Shown here: positions 9,142 through 19,346 of the stretch, piece by piece
How the letters are laid out: each line of letters begins with the position of its first letter
How positions within the stretch are numbered: position 1 is the first letter of the stretch
NCBI GenBank assembly: GCA_013042025.1
Contig: JABDQY010000114.1
Location: forward strand, 1-39,628
Direction of reading: 5' to 3'
Length of the DNA: 39,628 bases
From: Bacteroidia bacterium
GTDB taxonomy: Bacteria; Bacteroidota; Bacteroidia; NS11-12g; UBA9320
The notes under the pieces: generated by a model
Told to the model about the DNA's origin: nothing
Databases searched by the model: none
Seen by the model: only the letters and a program-made list of their open reading frames with translations
Translations under genes and position numbers: made by a program

Positions 9142-10990
9142 TGAATCTCTAAGAATAGTATTAGCAGGGAACCCAAATTGTGGTAAATCCTCATTATTTA
9201 ATAAGCTTACTGGGCTAAATCAAAAAATTACGAATGTTCCTGGAACCACTATTGAGAATAGAGAAGGAAAGTTAAAATCAAATAATACTTCAATTAGGAT
9301 AATAGATACTCCTGGAACATATAGTATTAATCCTAAATCGCTAGACGAAGAAGAAGCTGTAAAGGTATTCTTTGAGAAGTCAAGACCCGATACAATTTTA
9401 TACATAGCGGATGCCTCTAATTTGAAAAGAAACCTGTTCTATTTCAGTCAGTTAGCTCAAAAAGGAGTGCCTATGATTTTGGTGCTTAACATGCTAGATG
9501 TAGCAACTTATCGTGGTTTTGAAATTGATTCGGAGCGATTAGAAAAAGAGCTTGGAATTCGAGTATTCAAGATCAACGCTCGAGAAGGTACTGGGGTTGA
9601 TGCAGTGAAAAATGCTCTCTCACAAGAGCAGTTTGTTCCACATTACAAATTTGATGAGGAAAACAATGATTCGCATGAAATTCACTATGAAAAGATTAAC
9701 AATCTTTTACAGAAAACCACTAAAAGAAAAACGCAGCGTGAACTCGCAACAAGCAAAATTGATAAGATTGCCACTCATCCAATCTTAGGTTATCTGCTTT
9801 TTTTAAGCGTTTTATTTTTAATTTTCCAGGGAGTTTTTATGCTTGCAGAGTATCCTATGACTTGGATTGAATCTGGATTCTCAATAGCCAGTGAGTTTTT
9901 GTCTGAGATATTACCTGATGGTTGGTTTAAGAAACTTATTATAAATGGATTAATAGCTGGGATAGCGGGAGTTGTAGTTTTTGTGCCTCAAATTGCAATC
10001 TTATTCTTCTTTATGAGCCTACTTGAAGATACGGGTTATATGGCTCGTGTAAGCTTTATTATGGACAAAATGCTAAGAGGGTTGGGCTTAAGTGGAAAGT
10101 CGGTTGTACCTCTTTTAAGTGGAGCAGCATGTGCAATTCCTGCAATTATGAGCACTAGAAACATTGAGAATTGGAAGGATCGGTTGATTACTATAATGGT
10201 AACCCCTTTAATGAGTTGTTCTGCTCGGTTACCGGTGTATACGTTACTTATATCTATGGCAATTCCTAGTACAATGGTATTAGGATTTATTAATTTGCAA
10301 GCCCTTGTTTTATTGGCTATGTATGTTCTAGGTACTGTAGCGGCTTTAGTAGCGGCTGTTGTCTTTAAATGGATAATAAAGCACGATATTCCATCATATT
10401 TTATTGTTGAATTGCCAATATATCATCCGCCAAGATGGAGAAATATTTGGATGACTTGCTGGCAAAAATCTTTAAGTTTTGTTACTGAAGCAGGTAAAGT
10501 GATACTAATCGTATCAATTGTATTATGGTTCTTAGCCAGTTATGGTCCCAAACCGAATACCACATTGTCGATTCAAGAATCAGTTAATTTGGAAGAAAGT
10601 TATGCGGGTCATTTTGGTAAAGCAATTGAACCTACAATAAGACCTATTGGTTTCAATTGGAAAATAGGGATTGCACTTGTAACTTCTTTCGCTGCTCGTG
10701 AGGTTTTTGTAGGAACAATGAGTACAATTTATAGTATTGGAGATACAGAAAATTTTGAACAAATTAGGGAGAAAATGAACAAGGATAAACTACCCAATGG
10801 TGAGCCCGTCTATTCTCTGGCAGTTGTTTTATCACTTATGATCTTCTATGCCTTTGCTATGCAATGTATGAGTACTTTGGCAGTAGTGTATAAAGAAACG
10901 AAGTCATGGAAATGGCCCACAATTCAATTCGCCTATATGACAATTTTGGCATACGGCTGCAGTTGGATTGTTTTCAATCTATTTTCTTAA
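9131..10990 (+). CDS. feoB: Ferrous iron transporter FeoB
   Basis: The protein is 619 aa. It has an N-terminal G-domain (GNPNCGKSSLFNKLTG, DTPG, NMLD) followed by a polytopic membrane domain. Confidence 0.95.
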   Translation: MSNNESLRIVLAGNPNCGKSSLFNKLTGLNQKITNVPGTTIENREGKLKSNNTSIRIIDTPGTYSINPKSLDEEEAVKVFFEKSRPDTILYIADASNLKRNLFYFSQLAQKGVPMILVLNMLDVATYRGFEIDSERLEKELGIRVFKINAREGTGVDAVKNALSQEQFVPHYKFDEENNDSHEIHYEKINNLLQKTTKRKTQRELATSKIDKIATHPILGYLLFLSVLFLIFQGVFMLAEYPMTWIESGFSIASEFLSEILPDGWFKKLIINGLIAGIAGVVVFVPQIAILFFFMSLLEDTGYMARVSFIMDKMLRGLGLSGKSVVPLLSGAACAIPAIMSTRNIENWKDRLITIMVTPLMSCSARLPVYTLLISMAIPSTMVLGFINLQALVLLAMYVLGTVAALVAAVVFKWIIKHDIPSYFIVELPIYHPPRWRNIWMTCWQKSLSFVTEAGKVILIVSIVLWFLASYGPKPNTTLSIQESVNLEESYAGHFGKAIEPTIRPIGFNWKIGIALVTSFAAREVFVGTMSTIYSIGDTENFEQIREKMNKDKLPNGEPVYSLAVVLSLMIFYAFAMQCMSTLAVVYKETKSWKWPTIQFAYMTILAYGCSWIVFNLFS

Positions 10991-13988
10991 TAATTGGTAT
11001 AAGAATTTTAACTAGTGTACCAGAGGCTTCACTATTGGTCTTAAGATCAACGATTTGCACATCATAATCACCCTTTCCTTCACTTAAAATCTTTAATCGT
11101 TTTCGTGTAAGATCCATACCGGCTGATGCATGTTTTCTACTCCTTTTTGCGTTCATAATTTTGGATGCATCTCTGCCTATTCCATTATCTTTAATTGAGC
11201 AAACCAGATGCCTGTCTTCTTTAGATATAATAACATCCAATGTCCTATCTTTCTCTTTTGGAAGCAGTCCGTGAATAATACTATTTTCCACAAAAGGTTG
11301 AATTAGCATAGTAGGTATGTGGGTAGATTCTAAATCATCAATGTTCTTAGTTGAAATTGAGTAATCAAGATTGTTATCCATACGCATTTTTTCCATTTCT
11401 AGGTATAAATTCAGCCATTGTACCTCATCCTCTACTGAAATATATTTTAATCGACTATTCTGCAATATTTTACGCATTAAGCTTGCAAATTTGCTTAAAT
11501 AGGTATATGCCTCCTTTGGTTCTTTTTTCAAGATAAAGTATTGTATACTGTTCAAGGAATTAAAGATAAAATGAGGATTCATTTGACTTCTAAGAGCCGT
11601 AAGTTCTGAATCAACTAGTTGTAGTTTATACAATCTTTCAATTTCTCTAGTCCGATATTTAAATAGTGCATAGATTAATCCTAATATAAGGAGAACAGTT
11701 AAGGTAACAAACCACCATTTTTGCCATATTGGAGGCTCAACATAAACTTTCAGTTCTTTAGAACTTGATTTCCAGTTACCGAATTCATCTTCTGCTATAG
11801 CTTGGAAGGTATAGTGACCCGGATCTAGTCTAGGATAAACAGCGGTATTTGAGTTTTGAGCTTCAATCCAATCGTTATCAAATCCTTGAAGTTTATACTT
11901 ATATCTAACCCCATCGGGATTAATAAAATACAGTGACATAAAATCAATTTCTAAGCGAGAATTTAGGAAACTCATTTGAATAGAATTGGGTTCTGTATAA
12001 TCAAAATCTCCTCTTATTCCTGTATATCTTATGGGAGCAGAGTTAGTATCATAAAGAATATTTTGCGGTTTAAAGTAATTTAAACCAGTTACACCCCCAA
12101 AGTAAAAGTAGCCTTTGGTGCTCTTCAAAAACGCTCCTTCATTGTACTCGGTGTTTTGGAGGTAATGTTCCGGCTTAAAGTTTATAAAAGATTTGTTATA
12201 TAACGAATATTGAACCAAACCATTGTTTGTTGATAACCAGGCAATTCCATCGCCTTGGTACGCAATTCCATATACAGAATTATTAATCAGCCCGTCTTCT
12301 TCTGTAACATGAGTGCAATTCTCTGTTTTAATATCGAATACATTTAATCCTCCTCCATAAGTTCCAATTAGTAATGTGTCGTTATTCACCCATGTTAAAG
12401 ACATAACATTGTTATTGCTAATACTAAAAGAATCGTTCGCATCATGTTTCAATATTCTAAACTTCCTAGATTCTAAATCAAAAAATTGCAATCCACCTCT
12501 AAAAGTTGCTATTATTAGTTCATTTTTATATGGATGTTGTTCTATTTGATAAATTGAATTGTTATTGTTGCTTTCTGCAGTGTAATGGGTAAAATTAGAA
12601 AGAGAATCAATAGAATAAAGACCACTCTGAGTACCTAACCATAACTGACCTTTCGAATCTTCAAATATTTCTCGAATAACATTGCTTGATATTTTACCGT
12701 TTTCAACATTTGCTATTAGTCTTGCTTTGCCTGTTTCTGGATTGAATCTGAAAAGTCCTTCGTCTCTTGTACCTAACCAATACACTCCTTTACTATCGTG
12801 ATAAATACAGCGAATGGCTTTGGTTTCATAACTACCATCTTTAATAATTGGAAACACCTTTTCAATGGTATGATTCGGAGCCAGCTTTACTAATCCTGAG
12901 GTTAGTGTACCAAGCCAAATGTCAGAATTTCGATCTTCATAAACGTAGTAAACATTATTATTATAGGTCAACCCGTTGTGGTCAAAGTATTGAATAAGTC
13001 CAAACTTCTTAAGTTGTGGAGCATATTTGCTAACTCCCGATATTGTGCCAACCCAAACGATATCTAGATTGTCAATGAACAGACAAGTAACTTGATTGTT
13101 CACCAACGAGTAAGGTCTTAATGGGTTTGTGGTATAATGATGAATTTGACCGTTACTGTATTGCATTAAACCACCTGCAGAACCAATCCATGCTATTTCA
13201 TTCTTTACTTGAATGGTAGTTATTTTGTTCAACAGACGTTTTTTAGGAGGGAGTTTAATTGGTGTTATCTTCTTAAAATCTCTGTCCATTAGAAATAGAC
13301 CTCTATTTGTGCCTAGAAGATAGTTCTTCTTGAATTGTGAAATAGAGCTAAATTGGAGCTTTGAATTGGTAAATACAGTAGTTATCTGATTATCGGAACA
13401 TTTGTAAATATTGCTTCCATTTAAAACTAAGTATGAATCTAGTAGAGGATATATAAACGAATTAATTGAATTGTTCAGTTCTGAAAAAGTGTTCTTCTTT
13501 ATTTCTTTAGAAGATAGGTCCATATCCCACAGTCCACCGCCATCAGTGGCTATGTGAATTGTGTTTTGAAATTGTGATAATCTTATAATTGGATAGTCGA
13601 AAGTAGCATCTGCAGCTTTTAGACTGATATTTGAAAAAGTGTGTTTATTCAAATCCATCACATCTATACTTCCTAGATTATTTCCTATGAAAAGTTGATC
13701 ATCTACTTCAAGAAGACAAGTAATGTAGCTGTCGTGCAGTGTGTTTTTAGCACCTTCCGTATGTTTGAATATTTTAAAGTATTTACCATCATAACGGTGA
13801 AGTCCTTCTGCGGTAGCTATCCAAGTGTATCCTTTACTATCTTGTTCGAACGCAGTGATGGTACCCATAGATAAACCATCATTAACAGTTAAATTTTGAA
13901 AACGAATAGGCTCTTGAGCACTTGTTAAAAGTGCATAAACTAGCCCAAATAGAAGAATAGATATATGTTTAAATGAAATCCTAAGCAC
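10974..13988 (-). CDS. Sensor histidine kinase with periplasmic Reg_prop beta-propeller repeats, a Y_Y_Y domain, a TM helix and a LytS/YehU-type His_kinase plus HATPase
   Basis: The signal peptide is LRISFKHISILLFGLVYALLTSAQ. Many repeats of the WIGT..GL..Y type follow, then the TM helix WWFVTLTVLLILGLIYALF and the His_kinase motif MNPHFIFNSLNSIQ. The C-terminal ATPase reads DNGIGR...G. The GTG start at 13986-13988 overlaps the regulator stop. Confidence 0.9.
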   Translation of the reverse strand: MLRISFKHISILLFGLVYALLTSAQEPIRFQNLTVNDGLSMGTITAFEQDSKGYTWIATAEGLHRYDGKYFKIFKHTEGAKNTLHDSYITCLLEVDDQLFIGNNLGSIDVMDLNKHTFSNISLKAADATFDYPIIRLSQFQNTIHIATDGGGLWDMDLSSKEIKKNTFSELNNSINSFIYPLLDSYLVLNGSNIYKCSDNQITTVFTNSKLQFSSISQFKKNYLLGTNRGLFLMDRDFKKITPIKLPPKKRLLNKITTIQVKNEIAWIGSAGGLMQYSNGQIHHYTTNPLRPYSLVNNQVTCLFIDNLDIVWVGTISGVSKYAPQLKKFGLIQYFDHNGLTYNNNVYYVYEDRNSDIWLGTLTSGLVKLAPNHTIEKVFPIIKDGSYETKAIRCIYHDSKGVYWLGTRDEGLFRFNPETGKARLIANVENGKISSNVIREIFEDSKGQLWLGTQSGLYSIDSLSNFTHYTAESNNNNSIYQIEQHPYKNELIIATFRGGLQFFDLESRKFRILKHDANDSFSISNNNVMSLTWVNNDTLLIGTYGGGLNVFDIKTENCTHVTEEDGLINNSVYGIAYQGDGIAWLSTNNGLVQYSLYNKSFINFKPEHYLQNTEYNEGAFLKSTKGYFYFGGVTGLNYFKPQNILYDTNSAPIRYTGIRGDFDYTEPNSIQMSFLNSRLEIDFMSLYFINPDGVRYKYKLQGFDNDWIEAQNSNTAVYPRLDPGHYTFQAIAEDEFGNWKSSSKELKVYVEPPIWQKWWFVTLTVLLILGLIYALFKYRTREIERLYKLQLVDSELTALRSQMNPHFIFNSLNSIQYFILKKEPKEAYTYLSKFASLMRKILQNSRLKYISVEDEVQWLNLYLEMEKMRMDNNLDYSISTKNIDDLESTHIPTMLIQPFVENSIIHGLLPKEKDRTLDVIISKEDRHLVCSIKDNGIGRDASKIMNAKRSRKHASAGMDLTRKRLKILSEGKGDYDVQIVDLKTNSEASGTLVKILIPIIKKID

Positions 13989-14688
13989 TGCCTAATGCAG
14001 CTAAGAAATTATCTTTTCGACGCTTAGAAACTCCAACGCTGTCTCCATTCGTCATGACTGCATAGCTGCCTTCTCCACGAATGTACGTTTTAATTTCAGA
14101 CAAATTAATCAGATATGATTTGTGAGATCTAAAAAAATTGAAGTCTTTTAATCGGTTTTCATATTCTTTAAGATTTTTTGATGTAGTGATACGTTCACCG
14201 CTTTTTAAGAAGAAATAAGTATACGCTCCATCTCCCTTACAGTATACTATATTTTCAGTTTTTAAGAATTGTAAACCTTTAGAAGTGGACAATGAAATTT
14301 GTCCTTGTTTATTTTTGGTTTCAGGGATCGCAGTTTTAGTACGAACACGTTCTACGGCATTTTGTAAGTGATCAATACAAACGGGTTTCAATAAATAGTC
14401 TATAGCATCTGATCGAAATGCTTTAACAGCGTGTTCTTCATGTCCAGTAACAAAAATGATATTCTGTTGCTTGTTTTTAATTCCTTCTAAAATTTGAAAT
14501 CCGTCACCATTGGCTAAATGGATGTCAAGAAATACAAGATCTGGATCCTCAGTATTGATGGTTTTAATCCCAGTAAGTACACCGGTTGCTGTACCAACAA
14601 TCTCTACATTTTCTACAAAGGATTGTAAAAGTAACTCTAGGTTCTCTCTACTTTTTCTCTCGTCATCGATAATTACTGCTCTTAACAT
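13981..14688 (-). CDS. LytTR/AlgR family response regulator with REC and LytTR DNA-binding domains
   Basis: The protein starts MLRAVIIDDE. It has a phospho-acceptor region (LVFLDIHL) and a C-terminal LytTR domain (FFRSHKSYLINL). The track start at 14715 is a TTG, and the first ATG is at 14688. Confidence 0.92.
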   Translation of the reverse strand: MLRAVIIDDERKSRENLELLLQSFVENVEIVGTATGVLTGIKTINTEDPDLVFLDIHLANGDGFQILEGIKNKQQNIIFVTGHEEHAVKAFRSDAIDYLLKPVCIDHLQNAVERVRTKTAIPETKNKQGQISLSTSKGLQFLKTENIVYCKGDGAYTYFFLKSGERITTSKNLKEYENRLKDFNFFRSHKSYLINLSEIKTYIRGEGSYAVMTNGDSVGVSKRRKDNFLAALGSA

Positions 14689-14719
14689 AGTTTTAAATTT
14701 TAATGGGTTAAACAAACAT

Positions 14720-15286
14720 CTAGCTTTTGATAAATTTTCTACTTTCTACATGGTCATGATATATTAATTGTATGAAATAGGTTCCTATAGGTAAATCCAT
14801 AATATCAATCTGGTTTGTGAAACTAGATGTGAGATGTTCTTTACCTGTAATATCTGTTATTCGTATAGCTTTAGCATTTACTGAAGCTTTAATATTAATT
14901 TGGGATGAGGAAGGATTTGGGAATATTGTAAAATCTACCTTATACTCTTTTTTAAAGCCAAAGGAATAATTAGTGAGTTTGTCTTTTGCTTCGGCGAGAG
15001 AATAAGACGAAGAGTGATTACCATTTATTCCTCCCAATGTTACAATTTTAGTAGCTTCATTTTCAAAGTTTTCTCCAGGAATTTCCCAATCATCGAAAAC
15101 CAAAGTATCTTCCTGATCAATAATATCTAAATCTAATTCTGTATCTGAAGAATCAATTTTAATTATTGAGTTTTTGTTTTTCTTATCACCTTTCTTTTCA
15201 TCATCACCTGCATAAACTGAACCTAGAACACCCACTAGTATAAAAGCTATGAATGAAAGTCGTTTAAAGTCTTTGATGATATGCAT
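14720..15286 (-). CDS. Small secreted protein with a T9SS type A C-terminal sorting domain and an acidic low-complexity payload
   Basis: From the ATG at 15286 the signal peptide is MHIIKDFKRLSFIAFILVGVLGSVYA. About 95 aa rich in D, E and K follow. The CTD reads FTIFPNPSSSQINIK...ITDITGKE...LPIGTYFIQLIY...KFIKS. The track start at 15325 is a GTG with no signal-peptide logic. Confidence 0.7.
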   Translation of the reverse strand: MHIIKDFKRLSFIAFILVGVLGSVYAGDDEKKGDKKNKNSIIKIDSSDTELDLDIIDQEDTLVFDDWEIPGENFENEATKIVTLGGINGNHSSSYSLAEAKDKLTNYSFGFKKEYKVDFTIFPNPSSSQINIKASVNAKAIRITDITGKEHLTSSFTNQIDIMDLPIGTYFIQLIYHDHVESRKFIKS

Positions 15287-15380
15287 ATCGTAAAGATAAC
15301 GCAAAACTTCCGCTGGTAAAAGCACCGAATTGATAAACGGGAATTTTGGGTTGAAAAGCGGTCGAATATTACATTTCTAT

Positions 15381-15411
15381 GAAAAAGAAAAGGGGTCAGA
15401 CTGACCCCTTT
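15381..15411 (-). terminator. Intrinsic terminator after the TonB-like gene
   Basis: The minus strand reads AAAGGGGTCAGTCTGACCCCTTTTCTTTTTC. This is a GC-rich stem (AAAGGGGT/ACCCCTTT) followed by a T-rich tail, about 70 nt downstream of the stop at 15484. Confidence 0.7.
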
Positions 15412-15483
15412 ATACTAAAAGCTAAGTTTACGAAAACTACCTTACCGAATATGTAAACTATATTTCCATAATTATGCCAAGCT

Positions 15484-16170
15484 TTAATATATCTGAATTT
15501 TTATTGGTTGAATGATTCTATAATTTACGGCATTCCCTGCGTGTTCCGCGGGGACCCAAAAAGGCATTTTATTTAACATTTTTAACGCCTCCTGCTCTGC
15601 ACCTAATCCTGGAAGAGAACATCTAAGTATCTTGATATCAGACACATGACCATCCTTGTTAATCACAAATTCAACATCCAATTTGATGATATTTCCAAAG
15701 TCATACATGGATTGAGTAATATTAAAATTGTCTTGAATAAACGTTGCAAGAGCTCTTTCTCCACCAGGGAATTGTGGTTTTTTACTTGCAAAAGTGACTA
15801 TATTATTGGTCGGTTCTTTAACGTGCTGAACCTTTTTTTGAGGTATGAAGTTTGGTAAATGATCAAAAACTGGTGCTATATCTATAATAGGATCAGGCAA
15901 AAGGTGATCTACTTGTTTGATAAATGCTGCAGGATCAAACAACATTGCTTTCTGTTGAATAGCCTTTTTTTTAAGTGATACCTGTTCTTTTTGAGGTTCA
16001 ACATAGGGAGTTAGAACATAAGCTGTTTCAAAAATTTGTTCTTCTGGTTCTTCAATTACAAAATTGCTGGTGTATCCAAGATTTAAAATAAAATTAACAC
16101 ATAGCAGAGCTACAATAACTCCAATCTCAAATAGGATAATACGATCGGGTTTGTTTTTAGATTTATACAT
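15484..16170 (-). CDS. Energy transducer TonB-family protein with an N-terminal TM anchor and a TonB C-terminal domain
   Basis: The protein starts MYKSKNKPDRIILFEIGVIVALLCVNFIL, a membrane anchor. The C-terminal segment reads KKPQFPGGERALATFIQDNF...VEFVINKDGHVSDIKILR...MPFWVPAEHAGNAV, a TonB_C-like fold. The track start at 16197 is a TTG, and the ATG is at 16170. Confidence 0.75.
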   Translation of the reverse strand: MYKSKNKPDRIILFEIGVIVALLCVNFILNLGYTSNFVIEEPEEQIFETAYVLTPYVEPQKEQVSLKKKAIQQKAMLFDPAAFIKQVDHLLPDPIIDIAPVFDHLPNFIPQKKVQHVKEPTNNIVTFASKKPQFPGGERALATFIQDNFNITQSMYDFGNIIKLDVEFVINKDGHVSDIKILRCSLPGLGAEQEALKMLNKMPFWVPAEHAGNAVNYRIIQPIKIQIY

Positions 16171-16262
16171 AATGTTATAAGTATATACCAATAACAAAAG
16201 GTAAACGACTAAGCGTATATTAAATCAATGAAAGTAGGATTTCGGTTTATTACCGGTAGATT

Positions 16263-16658
16263 CTAATCTTGAAGATGTTTGAATCTTTCTCTTACCGTAC
16301 TAGGAATTGGGGTCGGCCTACCCTCTTCGTCAATACGAACAAAAGTAATATTGGTAGTAACAACAACATCTTCTTCATGAGTATATACACTCACCTTTCG
16401 AGCTTCAATTTTAAAGGTAACAGAGGTGTTTCCCATATGAGATACTTCTCCATAGATTCGTATTAGGTACCCCTCTTTAACTTTCTTTTTAAAAACCAAT
16501 TCATCCACTTTAATGGTAACCATGTTTGGTGTGTGGCATAAACTTACAGCTTTAGAACTAGCTGCCTCATCTATCCAAGCCATCATAATTCCTCCAAAAA
16601 GATTTCCGTGTACACCAAGATCTTTGGCCATACATATATGAGTGGTTATTAATTTCAT
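16263..16658 (-). CDS. Acyl-CoA thioesterase with a hotdog fold, YciA-like
   Basis: The protein is 131 aa. The motif HGNLFGGIMMAWIDEAA is typical of hotdog thioesterases. Confidence 0.85.
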   Translation of the reverse strand: MKLITTHICMAKDLGVHGNLFGGIMMAWIDEAASSKAVSLCHTPNMVTIKVDELVFKKKVKEGYLIRIYGEVSHMGNTSVTFKIEARKVSVYTHEEDVVVTTNITFVRIDEEGRPTPIPSTVRERFKHLQD

Positions 16659-16663
16659 TGATG

Positions 16664-16671
16664 CAAATGTA
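16664..16671 (-). promoter_or_regulatory. -7 box TACATTTG for the thioesterase gene
   Basis: The plus strand reads caaatgta, an exact TAnnTTTG followed by CA. It lies 5 nt from the ATG at 16658. Confidence 0.5.
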
Positions 16672-16706
16672 TTTAAGAATTAAACAATGTACTACTTAGA
16701 AAGTTC

Positions 16707-18245
16707 CTACACTCCCCAATTTTCTCTATCTAAACTTCTATAATGAATAGCCTCAGCCAGATGCTCCATCAGTATATGGTCGTTACCAGATAAATCTGCT
16801 ATGGTTCGGCTCACTTTTAGAATTCGATCATATGCACGAGCACTTAAATTGAGTTTATTCATTGCGTTTTTTAACAGTAGTGCACCGGCCGGATTAATCT
16901 CGCAATATTGTCGAATAAGATTGCTCTCCATTTGTGCATTGTTATAAATAGGAATTTTTTCAAACCTTTTTTGTTGTAGTTCACGTGCTTGTATTACCCT
17001 ATTTCTAATTGCTGAACTCTTTTCCTCATCTTTGATTGTTTCATTGAGTTCTTCAAACTTTACGGGAGTAACTTCTATATGAATATCAATTCTATCCAAT
17101 AATGGTCCTGATATTTTGCTTAAGTATTTTTGAACTACACCAGGTGCACAAACACATTCCTTTTCAGGATGGTTGAAGTAACCACAAGGACATGGGTTCA
17201 TGCTTGCTACCAACATCATACTACTAGGATAATCAACAGAAAACTTAGCTCTTGAAATAGTAACCTTTCTATCTTCTAATGGTTGTCTTAGTACTTCTAA
17301 GACTGTCCGTTTAAATTCGGGTAGTTCATCTAAGAATAATACACCGTTATGTGCTAGGCTTATTTCACCAGGTTGGGGATTGTTTCCACCTCCTACAAGA
17401 GCTACATCACTAATGGTATGATGCGGGCTCCGGAAAGGGCGTTGTGCCATTAACGATGCGTTACTTCCTAGCCTTCCCGCTACAGAGTGAATTTTTGTAG
17501 TTTCAAGTGCCTCATGCAAATTCATGGGAGGCAAAATGGTGTTAAGGCGTTTGGCGAGCATTGTTTTACCTGCACCTGGAGGCCCAATAAGTATTATATT
17601 ATGACCACCAGCAGCAGCAATTTCCATTGCTCGTTTTATATTTTCTTGCCCTTTAACATCACTAAAGTCATAGATTAGTTTGTCAATATTGTCTGCAAAT
17701 TCATTGCGAGGATCAACAACAACTGGTTTGTATTCCCTTTCACCCTGCAGAAATTCAACCACTTCTTTTAGATGTTCTAGGCCATAAACATCCAAATCTT
17801 TAACAATTGCTGCTTCTCTTGCATTAGCTGATGGAAGAATCAACTTCTTAAATCCATCTTTTTGTGCCTGAATAGCGATTGGCAAAGCTCCTTTTATAGG
17901 AAGTAAACTACCATCTAGGCTCAATTCTCCCATAATAATAGTTTCATTTAGGAGATCTGTAACAATTAATTCTCCAGCAGCCATTACACCAATTGCAATT
18001 GGTAAATCATAGGCAGATCCTTCCTTCTTAATATCAGCAGGTGCCATATTAATTACAACACCTTTTCGTGGATAAGTGAATCCACTGTTTTTCATAGCGG
18101 AATTCACTCGAGGTTGACTTTCCTTAACGGCATTGTCTGGAAGTCCAATTATTTGTGTTTTAGCACCTTGACCTACGTCAACCTCTATCGTTATTAGTTG
18201 AGCTGATATTCCGTATACTGCACTACCATATGTTTTTAATAACAT
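16707..18245 (-). CDS. comM: YifB/ComM family Mg-chelatase-like AAA+ ATPase
   Basis: The protein is 512 aa. It has an N-terminal Lon-protease-like domain, Walker A ([11 protein letters not shown]) and Walker B (VLFLDE), and a C-terminal Mg-chelatase subunit ChlI-like domain. Confidence 0.93.
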   Translation of the reverse strand: MLLKTYGSAVYGISAQLITIEVDVGQGAKTQIIGLPDNAVKESQPRVNSAMKNSGFTYPRKGVVINMAPADIKKEGSAYDLPIAIGVMAAGELIVTDLLNETIIMGELSLDGSLLPIKGALPIAIQAQKDGFKKLILPSANAREAAIVKDLDVYGLEHLKEVVEFLQGEREYKPVVVDPRNEFADNIDKLIYDFSDVKGQENIKRAMEIAAAGGHNIILIGPPGAGKTMLAKRLNTILPPMNLHEALETTKIHSVAGRLGSNASLMAQRPFRSPHHTISDVALVGGGNNPQPGEISLAHNGVLFLDELPEFKRTVLEVLRQPLEDRKVTISRAKFSVDYPSSMMLVASMNPCPCGYFNHPEKECVCAPGVVQKYLSKISGPLLDRIDIHIEVTPVKFEELNETIKDEEKSSAIRNRVIQARELQQKRFEKIPIYNNAQMESNLIRQYCEINPAGALLLKNAMNKLNLSARAYDRILKVSRTIADLSGNDHILMEHLAEAIHYRSLDRENWGV

Positions 18246-18371
18246 AACTTGTGTTTAAAAATAGGAGAATGTACAAAGAATTTAATGTTAGTTTTCATAG
18301 TGTTTTAAGAGTTTTTCAGATACAAAATTAGGTTTAATAGTAACACTTGCAAATGCCAATGGAATCCTTTT

Positions 18372-18761
18372 CTAATCTAACCGAATTTGATATACATCTC
18401 GATTATTTCTCCGAATACCAGTTACTATAAATGGGCCAGGTTGGTTAATTACTTCAATGAATGTAAACAGATTACAGCTTTTAGGGAGTTTCTCAAAAAT
18501 CATTGTAAATTTCTTTGTAGCACCAGGAGCGACCCAATACCATTGGGGCTGATAAGGAACATTGAAAGCACGAATGAGTTGACTTTTAAAACCACTCTCT
18601 TCACAAATTAAGAAAGTAGATTTCCAAACACGCACACCCATATCTTCAGGATATTGATTGTGAAAAGAACAATGCACAATAACTTGTCCTTCCTCTTCAA
18701 TATTGGAAAAAATTTCAGGAGTTACTTCTATTTCAAGATCTATGTCTGGGGATGTCAGCAT
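18372..18761 (-). CDS. Hypothetical cytoplasmic protein of 129 aa with no recognisable family
   Basis: The ORF is clean, has an ATG start and codon usage like its neighbours. It has no signal peptide, an acidic N-terminus and a beta-rich pattern. I recognise no motif. Confidence 0.5.
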   Translation of the reverse strand: MLTSPDIDLEIEVTPEIFSNIEEEGQVIVHCSFHNQYPEDMGVRVWKSTFLICEESGFKSQLIRAFNVPYQPQWYWVAPGATKKFTMIFEKLPKSCNLFTFIEVINQPGPFIVTGIRRNNRDVYQIRLD

Positions 18762-18813
18762 GCAATAATTACGAAGATACGTTAAGGATTAATTATCTGT
18801 TCGTTTGATGAAC

Positions 18814-18821
18814 TATATTTG
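18814..18821 (+). promoter_or_regulatory. -7 box TATATTTG upstream of the thioredoxin-fold gene pair
   Basis: An exact TAnnTTTG lies 26 nt upstream of the ATG at 18848. Confidence 0.5.
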
Positions 18822-18847
18822 AATTTGAAGCGTTTGCTAGTAAACAG

Positions 18848-19339
18848 ATGAAAAAACTCATCCTCTTATTTATTCTTGGTACAGGAGTATTGACTTCTCT
18901 TGCTCAAAATACACTAAAGGTGTATGATGCCTTCGATGATTTTTCAAAAGTTCATCTAGAAGGATTAAGTGACGATACCACATATGTAATAAATTTCTGG
19001 GCTACGTGGTGCAGACCGTGTGTTCAAGAACTACCTTTATTTGACAGCCTTAACAATACTTCTCACAACAAACCATTGAAAGTGATTTTAGTTAGCTTAG
19101 ATTTGGTGGATTCCTCTGCTATTAAACTAAGAGTATTCATAAAGAAGAAGGAAATACAAAGTGAAGTAGTTGTTTTGACCGATGGAAACAGCAATCGTTG
19201 GATAGATTTGATTGATCCGAATTGGTCAGGAGCAATACCATTCACACTTATGATTCACAATAAAAATAAATCATATCACGAAAAACAATACCATAGTTAT
19301 AACGAATTAATAGAAGACATAAAATCAATAAAAGAATAA
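18848..19339 (+). CDS. Secreted TlpA/ResA-like thiol-disulfide oxidoreductase with a thioredoxin fold
   Basis: The signal peptide is MKKLILLFILGTGVLTSLAQ. The active site is FWATWCRPCVQELP, a WCxxC motif. Confidence 0.8.
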   Translation: MKKLILLFILGTGVLTSLAQNTLKVYDAFDDFSKVHLEGLSDDTTYVINFWATWCRPCVQELPLFDSLNNTSHNKPLKVILVSLDLVDSSAIKLRVFIKKKEIQSEVVVLTDGNSNRWIDLIDPNWSGAIPFTLMIHNKNKSYHEKQYHSYNELIEDIKSIKE

Positions 19340-19346
19340 TACAATC

